Notes under the pieces: model-generated | What the model was told of the DNA's origin: nothing | Databases searched by the model: none | The model's input: the letters and a program-made list of their open reading frames with translations, nothing else | NCBI GenBank assembly: GCA_032128875.1 | Contig: JAVLKG010000005.1 | Location: 384,001 to 448,000 of the forward strand | Origin: Candidatus Melainabacteria bacterium 17Bon1m | GTDB taxonomy: Bacteria > Cyanobacteriota > Vampirovibrionia > Obscuribacterales > Obscuribacteraceae | Direction: 5' to 3' | Length of the DNA: 64,000 bases | Made by a program: the position numbers and the translations under genes | Shown here: positions 57,052 to 64,000 of the stretch, piece by piece | Layout: each line of letters opens with the position of its first letter | How positions within the stretch are numbered: position 1 is the first letter of the stretch

Positions 57052-58122
57052 ATGCTGACCGATAAGAACGTAGTTGTTTTTGGTGGAACCGGCTCTCTGG
57101 GCAAGCTTCTAGTGAGGCGATTGCTGGCTGGTGAATGCGGCAAGTTGAAGAAGCTGATGATTGTCTCGCGGGACGAAGCGAAGCAGCACTTCATGCGCCT
57201 CGAGCTGCAGCAATTGTCAGTGGCTACCGACGAGCTTTTCTATCGCAATTACGAGCGCGTTGTGCAGTTTCACATTGGTGATATCCGCGACTATAGCTCG
57301 GTCCGAACCGCCATACGCGATGCTGATGTAGTCTTCAATGCAGCTGCGCTAAAGCAAGTGCCCGCCTGTGAGTACTTTCCGTATGAGGCCGTTTTGACCA
57401 ATATCGTCGGAGCAGAGAATATCGCCCGCGCAATTCGCGAGAATCCGTTGCGAGTTCAGACTGTTATTGGTGTTTCTACAGACAAAGCCTGCAAGCCTGT
57501 CAATGTGATGGGCATGACGAAAGCCATTCAAGAACGCATTTATGGTCGTGCCAATCTCGATTGCGAGAACACTCGTTTTGCCTGTGTCAGATATGGCAAT
57601 GTGCTTGCTTCACGTGGTTCTGTAATTCCGCTGTTTCACGAGCAAATTGCCTGCGGCGGTCCTGTGACCATCACAACGGAAACAATGACTCGTTTCTTGC
57701 TTCCTTTAGACCACGCCGTCGATACGATTTTCGCCTGCCTGAAAGGCGCCAAACCTGGGGAAATTTATGTCCCGAAGTGCCCGGCGGCGAACATCCGCGA
57801 TCTCGCTGAAGTCATGATTGGCGACTCTGGTTTGGAGATCAAAGTCATAGGCATTCGTCCTGGCGAAAAGGAGCACGAATCGCTGGTTTCGGACGAGGAA
57901 TCGCACCGTACCACTGAGCGTGACGGCTATTATGTTGTGCAGCCGATACTGCCGGAATTACAGCACGGTGAATTCAAGCCTGCCGATATCGCCGGCTTAG
58001 AGTACGACTCGCGTAAGGATTTGATGGACAAGAAGCAAATCAAAGAGTTGCTTGAAGCGAATGATTTGCTGCGTCCGCACGCAATCGCAGTGCGCATGAA
58101 AGAGACTGCTGCCAAGCGCTAA
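57052..58122 (+). CDS. UDP-GlcNAc 4,6-dehydratase/epimerase (FnlA/CapE/WbvB-like)
   Basis: GGTGSLG, SRDEAKQ, GDIRD, AAALKQVP.CE..P.EA..TN, STDKA.KPVN.MG.TKA, RYGNVLASRGSVIP, MTRF, GIRPGEK.HE. Confidence 0.92.
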   Translation: MLTDKNVVVFGGTGSLGKLLVRRLLAGECGKLKKLMIVSRDEAKQHFMRLELQQLSVATDELFYRNYERVVQFHIGDIRDYSSVRTAIRDADVVFNAAALKQVPACEYFPYEAVLTNIVGAENIARAIRENPLRVQTVIGVSTDKACKPVNVMGMTKAIQERIYGRANLDCENTRFACVRYGNVLASRGSVIPLFHEQIACGGPVTITTETMTRFLLPLDHAVDTIFACLKGAKPGEIYVPKCPAANIRDLAEVMIGDSGLEIKVIGIRPGEKEHESLVSDEESHRTTERDGYYVVQPILPELQHGEFKPADIAGLEYDSRKDLMDKKQIKELLEANDLLRPHAIAVRMKETAAKR

Positions 58123-58129
58123 CTGTCGC

Positions 58130-59386
58130 CTAATTCGCCTGCGCTCGAGATGCGACCGCGCTTCGCCCGCGGCGTTGCATAACATCTTGGTAAACGGCAA
58201 TTAGTCTGTCGATGTATTCTTTTTCGCTGTAATGCTGAACTGCGAGCTTTCTGCCTTTGTTGCCGAGCGAGCGGCGCTTGCTCTCATTCTCGATAAGCTC
58301 CTTCAGCGCCGCTGCAAGCGCATCTGAATCACCTTTCTTGACGCTGATGCCATAGTCCGGCGCAAATGTCGTCTCAGGAAGTGCTGTACCGTCGAAAACA
58401 ACGCAAGGCTTGCCGCAAGCCATTGCCTCCACCGCCATCATGCCGAATGACTCTCCTTCGGAGGGCATGAGGAAAATGTCGGTAGCCTGATAAGCATCGA
58501 TCATCTCTTCGTTTGATTCCAGCCAGCCCATGTCGATAATCTGATACCGTCCGAAAAATTCTTCAAAAAGTCCTTTTTGATTGAATGTCAAAATGGTGAT
58601 TGGCTGTTTTACATCCAGCTTTCTAAGGCACTCGAGCGCGTACTGCAAACCCTTGTAAATGCTTGTTGTCGCCCGCAACGCAATGACGATGCTGCCGGGT
58701 TGGACGCCCAGTTTTTGTTTTTTCAACTCCGTGTCGCCGGGACAAAACGAGTCAAGGTCCACCCCTAGTGGAATGCGATGCACCCGCGCTTTTTTCATCA
58801 ATGGAGAAGCTTTTACCATCTCTTCCATCCATTTCGAGCAGACAACCAAATCGAAGTCACTCATTGAATAAGCGAGCTGTTTCACCTTCCACATCAGGTG
58901 TGTGTTGTCCTTCTTCATGGAGAATTCCACATCGAGCGACGGGCAATTTCCACATCCTTCTTTCCATTTTGCGCAATCGAATGGATGGACGCAGTGGCCT
59001 GTCAGCGCCCATGGATCGTGCAGAGTCCAGACCGATGGTTTTAACTGCGTCAATCCGGGCAATGCCATTAGATTGAAGAAACCTGTATGAATCAAGTGAT
59101 AGTGGGCAAGATCGGCTGCTTTGAATTGTGGATGTTTTGAGAATTCAAAGGCGAGTGGAGAGAGCAGCGATTGCAGTGATAGGCTCTGCTCCAGCTTTGC
59201 GGCTGTCTGATGGATTTTTGAGCGTAGCGTTCCTGTGTAAAACTCGTAAGTCGTATCATCGGTGCCGCGCTTACGCCACACTACGTGGGAGGACTCTAAG
59301 CCTCTTCGAATCAGCTGGTGATGCAGGTCTTGTCCATTGAACCGGGCTCCCTCAACATCGGTGACGCCGACTTGAACAACCCTCAT
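58130..59386 (-). CDS. GT4 glycosyltransferase (WcaC-like)
   Basis: VWTLHDPW..TGHC.H...C..W..GC..CP, YKG, ESFGMMAVEAMACGKP. Confidence 0.88.
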   Translation of the reverse strand: MRVVQVGVTDVEGARFNGQDLHHQLIRRGLESSHVVWRKRGTDDTTYEFYTGTLRSKIHQTAAKLEQSLSLQSLLSPLAFEFSKHPQFKAADLAHYHLIHTGFFNLMALPGLTQLKPSVWTLHDPWALTGHCVHPFDCAKWKEGCGNCPSLDVEFSMKKDNTHLMWKVKQLAYSMSDFDLVVCSKWMEEMVKASPLMKKARVHRIPLGVDLDSFCPGDTELKKQKLGVQPGSIVIALRATTSIYKGLQYALECLRKLDVKQPITILTFNQKGLFEEFFGRYQIIDMGWLESNEEMIDAYQATDIFLMPSEGESFGMMAVEAMACGKPCVVFDGTALPETTFAPDYGISVKKGDSDALAAALKELIENESKRRSLGNKGRKLAVQHYSEKEYIDRLIAVYQDVMQRRGRSAVASRAQAN

Positions 59387-60666
59387 TTTGATGGGCCTCT
59401 GGATTCGGCCATTGCAAGAGTTTTCAAAAATTGTGCGCGCATGTGTTCGTCCGTAAGGTTTTGCGCGAAAGCCTTGTGACCGTTTTGCGCCACTTGTGCA
59501 TATCTGTCTGTGTCTCTAACCAGCCTGCTGAGAGCGTTCGATATCGCCGATTTCGCCAGTCCGTGACAAAGCATTCCGGCATCGTGTTCTTTGAGGAACT
59601 TAAAGGGTGATGAATACTCTGGTCCGTGCAACAACACAGGGCGCCCAGACGCAAGATATGTTGTTAGTTTTGATGGGAAGCTGAGCCGGGCGGTCGATTC
59701 TAGTTGTCTGTCGAAAAAGTATGGGCAATAGAGAATGTCGCACTGTGAAAGGATTTCGATTGATTCGAGCTGATCGCGCCAGCCCAAGTATTGAATGTTT
59801 CGCTTGTTGAAACCTTCGAGCTCGAATTCTCTGCCTAGCATTTTTATTTCGACGTCTCGCCCCTCGACCTTCCAATCCAGGGCATCAAGGGTTTCCAGCA
59901 ATGCATTCCATTCGTCCTTTGAATACATTTGACCAGCAAAACCAATCACTAATTTGTTGCTGTCATTCAGTCTTGTTGCCGGTTGTTTTGCCCATGTTTG
60001 TGGCAAGCCGGGGACTACAGGAATGGCTTTGCAGCCGTGTTCTCGATTGTACGTTTCCGCCATTGACCAGGACGCGGCAGCGACTGCTTGTGAGTTTTTC
60101 AAAACACTGGAGAAGGTTTTCAACACGCCATTTACAGACCAGCCATCGACACTATTGCTGCGCATCCACCACTGCGGCGGATCCCAGACCTGTGTCACCA
60201 TAGGCAGTGGCACGGTTTTTTGAATCTGATCGGCAAGGCGTATCATCGTCTGGCCTTCCAGAGTACAGAAAATCAGCTCGGGCTTTGTTTCTTTGATAAA
60301 TTGCCTGACCTGTTCTGCAAGTTGTGGAACAGTGACACTGGCAGTGTAAGTTTCCTTAAAGTAACATTCGAGTGAACCAAGCCTACGCGGCAGATGCCGA
60401 GTTTGTGCCTCCCTCGGTCTGAGCACTGCTTTGTAGGGAATGCCCTCCAGTTCTGGGTGCATTTCCACTTTCATGCGTGGATTCAATACGGAAAAGCAAC
60501 TCAAGTTGTCTGCTTTCAAAGACTGGCACATTGAATGCAGCATTAACCCGCCCGTGTAGCGGGTGTTTGGCGGCACGACGGAAAGCAGTAAGATGCGCTT
60601 GTTGGCGACTGAGTTTTCTTGCTTGCCTGCGATAATAGGTGGCGGACAAACTTCCATGATGGTCAA
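59383..60666 (-). CDS. GT-B glycosyltransferase
   Basis: IGFAGQMY, YLGW, DILYCPY, SFPSKLTTYLASGRPVL. Confidence 0.75.
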   Translation of the reverse strand: MTIMEVCPPPIIAGKQENSVANKRILLLSVVPPNTRYTGGLMLHSMCQSLKADNLSCFSVLNPRMKVEMHPELEGIPYKAVLRPREAQTRHLPRRLGSLECYFKETYTASVTVPQLAEQVRQFIKETKPELIFCTLEGQTMIRLADQIQKTVPLPMVTQVWDPPQWWMRSNSVDGWSVNGVLKTFSSVLKNSQAVAAASWSMAETYNREHGCKAIPVVPGLPQTWAKQPATRLNDSNKLVIGFAGQMYSKDEWNALLETLDALDWKVEGRDVEIKMLGREFELEGFNKRNIQYLGWRDQLESIEILSQCDILYCPYFFDRQLESTARLSFPSKLTTYLASGRPVLLHGPEYSSPFKFLKEHDAGMLCHGLAKSAISNALSRLVRDTDRYAQVAQNGHKAFAQNLTDEHMRAQFLKTLAMAESRGPSK

Positions 60667-60752
60667 TAATTCAGCGTTATAGCACTATTCTGGTAGTCAA
60701 TAGAGATTAAACTGTTTTGTCCGTCCACGGATTGACTGTAGTTAATAATCCA

Positions 60753-61808
60753 ATGAAAAGTCAGATAAAGTCACTTTTGAAGCGGATACCTGTTGTGCGG
60801 CGATACGCCCCTCACCTTCGCTCCATGCTGGCTAATTCGAGCGTCAAAGGCGCCGCGCCTGTCAAACGTTCTTTGACAGCGTCTCAGGTCTCAGACATCG
60901 TCCAGGAGTTCTTAAAACGCCCAGGAGGCGAAAGAGAGCTCTATAAGGCTATGAGAGAGCGCGGTGTTTTCGTTTTGCCTGACCATTATTACCGCCCATT
61001 TGTGGACCCTACGAACCTGCCGCCCGACTTCTGGTCAAGCCGCTCTAGCCTGTGTGGTTGGACTGTCGATGCGGACGAATCGCTTAGCTGGGCCGAGAGA
61101 GAGTTGAATGAATACTTTCAGGAATTGCGTTCTTTTCTGCCAGTCAACAAAGAAGATAAGCCTGATTCCCGGCTCTATTTGATTAACGGAACGTACATGG
61201 CGGTAGATGCGCACATGTACTATGCCCTTATCCGTCATTTGAAACCAAAGCGAATCATTGAGGTGGGCGCAGGCTTTTCGACGCTGTTTGCGTATGAAGC
61301 ATTAAAACGCGGCAGTTTGTTCGAGCAGACACAATTGCATGTGGTTGAACCATATCCTGAAGCGATTATCAAAGAAGGGCTCGAATCGGTGGCCAAAGTG
61401 CGACGCGAGTTCGTGCAGAATGTGGAGCCTGCTTATTTTGATCAGTTGGAGGCTGGCGACATTTTATTCATCGATTCTACGCATGTCGTAAAAGAAGGCA
61501 ATGACGTTCTTTATCTCTATCTGGAAATTCTTCCGCGCCTGAAACCCGGCGTTTTTGTTCATGTTCACGACATAAATCTGCCCGAGCCGTATCCGTCATG
61601 CTATCTCGATTACGGATGGTTCTGGAACGAGCAGTACTTGTTGCAGGCTTACTTGATCAACAACAGCAAAGTAAAAATTCTCTGGCCGGGAAACTACTTG
61701 ATGTGTGAGGAGCCGGAGAGGATGATCAAACTGTTTCCGGATATCAAAGACATGCGCGCTGTTTACCCGCTTTCCGGACCGTCGGCATTTTGGTTTCAAA
61801 CTGTTTAG
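60753..61808 (+). CDS. Class I SAM-dependent methyltransferase (Methyltransf_24-like, probable glycan O-methyltransferase)
   Basis: PKRIIEVGAGFST, EPYP, GDILFIDSTH, LKPGV.VH.HDI, WNEQY. Start is ATG 60753 or TTG 60717. Confidence 0.85.
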   Translation: MKSQIKSLLKRIPVVRRYAPHLRSMLANSSVKGAAPVKRSLTASQVSDIVQEFLKRPGGERELYKAMRERGVFVLPDHYYRPFVDPTNLPPDFWSSRSSLCGWTVDADESLSWAERELNEYFQELRSFLPVNKEDKPDSRLYLINGTYMAVDAHMYYALIRHLKPKRIIEVGAGFSTLFAYEALKRGSLFEQTQLHVVEPYPEAIIKEGLESVAKVRREFVQNVEPAYFDQLEAGDILFIDSTHVVKEGNDVLYLYLEILPRLKPGVFVHVHDINLPEPYPSCYLDYGWFWNEQYLLQAYLINNSKVKILWPGNYLMCEEPERMIKLFPDIKDMRAVYPLSGPSAFWFQTV

Positions 61809-61847
61809 CTAGCTAATTCGGCGACAGTTAATTCAAACTCGGAAGCT

Positions 61848-63059
61848 CTAGCCTTTTCTTGCTGCAAGTTCTTGCTTTGATTCAGCTCCACTTGCGATTG
61901 TCGGTTTTTCTACTTCAGTCTTTTTCTCTGTCTCTAACTTGCCAAACATTGCACAGAATATTGTGCATGCCAATCTGGTCACGAGCACAGGCAAATGCTT
62001 GCATGTTTCTGTTTCACGCTCCAGTCTTGCACGATTTGCTTCGCGTTCCTCCGGAGGCATTCCAGAATAGAACCGCATGTACACGGATGCCGGCAATTTC
62101 TGTGTTCTAAGCAGTCGAACAAGTTTATAAACTCGCTTTCGAAACAACAAGATTGCTTTCACAGGCTTGGCTGTTTCCGGGTCTAGATATTCGGCTAGTC
62201 CGTGCAGTGCAAACCAGAATGGTTGATAGCGCAGTGCCATTCGAAAAATTGGATACGAGTATGGTAGGTAGAGAGGATTTTTGTTGTTTCTGATTGCTAG
62301 TCCGTAATGGACGCATAGTCGGGCAGCCAAAAAACGCAACTCAAGTCCATAACGCAGGCTGTCTTCTCTCAGTACCTTTGCGGTGTAGTACTTAAGTGCT
62401 TTATAGATAATCTCAGGGTGCTCCATCTCGTTTCCTTCGTGATACCGAATTCTGCACAAAGGCTGATCAATAGCGAGAAACTGGTACTTCTTAGAAATGC
62501 GGCGCCACATGTCCGTATCTTCGAATCGGTTTTGTTTTACATCGAAAATGCCCACTTTCTCAAATACTTCCTTGCGCACCATGACGGTCGGAAGGCAAAT
62601 AGTAAGCGGTAAGTAAAGGGCTATCTCTTTGTAAATCCACCCGGATGATGGGGCCGGATATACGTACGGATGCAATTGTCCATTGATGTCCACATTGTAA
62701 GCGGCCGAATAAATCGCTCCATACTGAGGATTTTCATCCAAAGCCCGCACTCCTATCTCGAGCTTGTTGGGCATGTATTCGTCATCTGAATCCAGGAAGG
62801 TTATGTATTTGCCTTGTGCTAAAGAGATTGCCTTATTCCGAGCTGTAGAACGACCGCGGTTGGTTTGAAAAACATACCGAATTTTGTCGCAGCTTAGGCT
62901 TTCTACCATCAGCTTTGTGTCGTCTGTTGAGCCATCGTCAACTACGATAATTTCAAAATCTTGGTAAGTTTGCTCTAAACAGCTAAGCAACGCTCGCTTC
63001 AAGAGCGCGCTGCGATTGTAGGTTGGAATGATGATGCTGACAGTCGGCAAGTCTGGCAC
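61848..63059 (-). CDS. GT2 glycosyltransferase
   Basis: VSIIIPTYNR, VDDGSTDDT, GRSTARN, FLDSDD, FEDTDMW; GTG start. Confidence 0.9.
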   Translation of the reverse strand: MPDLPTVSIIIPTYNRSALLKRALLSCLEQTYQDFEIIVVDDGSTDDTKLMVESLSCDKIRYVFQTNRGRSTARNKAISLAQGKYITFLDSDDEYMPNKLEIGVRALDENPQYGAIYSAAYNVDINGQLHPYVYPAPSSGWIYKEIALYLPLTICLPTVMVRKEVFEKVGIFDVKQNRFEDTDMWRRISKKYQFLAIDQPLCRIRYHEGNEMEHPEIIYKALKYYTAKVLREDSLRYGLELRFLAARLCVHYGLAIRNNKNPLYLPYSYPIFRMALRYQPFWFALHGLAEYLDPETAKPVKAILLFRKRVYKLVRLLRTQKLPASVYMRFYSGMPPEEREANRARLERETETCKHLPVLVTRLACTIFCAMFGKLETEKKTEVEKPTIASGAESKQELAARKG

Positions 63060-63060
63060 C

Positions 63061-63999
63061 TTATCGGGACTTCTTAAGAAATGAAGGCATTATCTCGCTG
63101 AAAATCCTTTTGACGATTTGTCTTTTGTACAAAAACTCTTTTCCTTGAAACGCAGATGGACAGTAGAGAATCGCGTTGAGCGCATGCCATGCTGCGGTGT
63201 ATTTCGCAGAACCAGCGACCTGGCAAGCATGATAGTGTCCCCAACTGTACGCCTCGCTCTTCCTGGTGCGTACCTCTTTCGGTAAGTCTTTTCTGCTGAA
63301 TAAGCGATCTAGCATCTCAATGTCTTCGGATGACATTCTTTGTCCTTGCTCCGTTGAAGACAAGGACGTCGGATGTACTCTATAAGTGGCCAGCACTTGA
63401 GGGAGACGCTTAAAGGGTCCATTCAATCCCATGCGCAACCACAAATCGAAATCACTAATATATTTGACTTGAGGATCTCTCAAACCGGTCAAGTCCAGTG
63501 CTCTTCTACTAACAAACGTACCGGGACCTGGCATGCACTTGTGCGTGGTTAGCATCTCCAGGTAGTCGTAGTCAGGTGTTTGAACATCCATGACTGCTTT
63601 ACCGTCTTTGTCGATGTATTGCCAGTCCGGGTAGACAACCAACACGTCCGGGTTATTCAAGAAAGTATCTACGACCGCGCTGATGGCTCCAGGCAACAGG
63701 GGATCGTCTGAGTTGATGACTGCAATATATTCGCCTTTTGCCATCCCGTAGGCCTTATTCACCGTACGGATTTCGCCCATGTTCTTGTGGCTTTCCCAGA
63801 TCAGCCTGCCGGTGTACTCTTCGAGCAACTCAACAGTATTGTCTTTGGAGCCGTCGTCCAGCACGATGTATTCAACATTCGGATAGTCCTGCTGAAGAAT
63901 ACTTTCGATCGTTTCTCGCAAATAGTCGGCACGGTTATATGCCGGCGTAATGATGGTTACAAGCGGTTGCGTGGTTGGCCTGTTTTTCTTGTTTGTTTG
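63061..63999 (-). CDS. GT2 glycosyltransferase, N-terminus beyond the window edge
   Basis: Frame stays open upstream of 63921 (PLVTIITPAYNRADYLRETIES); DDGSKD, INSDD, DFDLWLR. Confidence 0.88.
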   Translation of the reverse strand, partial: QTNKKNRPTTQPLVTIITPAYNRADYLRETIESILQQDYPNVEYIVLDDGSKDNTVELLEEYTGRLIWESHKNMGEIRTVNKAYGMAKGEYIAVINSDDPLLPGAISAVVDTFLNNPDVLVVYPDWQYIDKDGKAVMDVQTPDYDYLEMLTTHKCMPGPGTFVSRRALDLTGLRDPQVKYISDFDLWLRMGLNGPFKRLPQVLATYRVHPTSLSSTEQGQRMSSEDIEMLDRLFSRKDLPKEVRTRKSEAYSWGHYHACQVAGSAKYTAAWHALNAILYCPSAFQGKEFLYKRQIVKRIFSEIMPSFLKKSR

Positions 64000-64000
64000 C

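Noticed and set aside
1-64000. Mobile elements, prophage, tRNA/rRNA, anti-phage systems, frameshifted pseudogenes
   Set aside because: No integrase, transposase, phage or defence motifs recognised; intergenic gaps show no cloverleaf; major ORFs appear intact.

Overview
Bacterial chromosomal window, densely coding. I see no rRNA, tRNA, CRISPR array, integrase/transposase or recognisable anti-phage system. The tandem membrane HAMP-PAS histidine kinases, Hanks kinase, stand-alone poly-MshEN proteins and EF-hand/glycine-zipper protein suggest a non-photosynthetic cyanobacterial sister lineage (Melainabacteria, Obscuribacterales-like); this is inference, not tested. Left part (1-24.7 kb): two tandem sensor kinases; a flavodoxin operon with three unknown small genes behind two Fur-type boxes; an orphan CzcC-type TolC; a divergent sigma-70/ECF-like factor with a soluble partner; an SGNH protein; a poly-MshEN protein; a co-oriented CzcA-CzcB-degenerate PII-OmpR/HK-SulP run with readable cis-sites; an ACT-malic enzyme; a Ser/Thr kinase. 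Right part (25-64 kb): a large surface-glycan region with rmlABDC, priming transferase, WbbL- and WsaF-like rhamnosyltransferases, WaaL-like ligase, Wzm/Wzt, a UDP-L-QuiNAc-type trio, C- and O-methyltransferases, sulfotransferase and acyltransferase. It is interrupted by a DUF4388-degenerate GGDEF / poly-MshEN gene pair and small orphan genes. Best candidates for undescribed systems: the PII/RND/SulP module (possibly inorganic carbon or pH rather than metal), the c-di-GMP receiver pair, the Fur-boxed flavodoxin operon, the sigma/DUF1822-like pair, and a coiled-coil sulfotransferase that may cap glycan chains. All family calls come from motif reading by eye; no searches were run.
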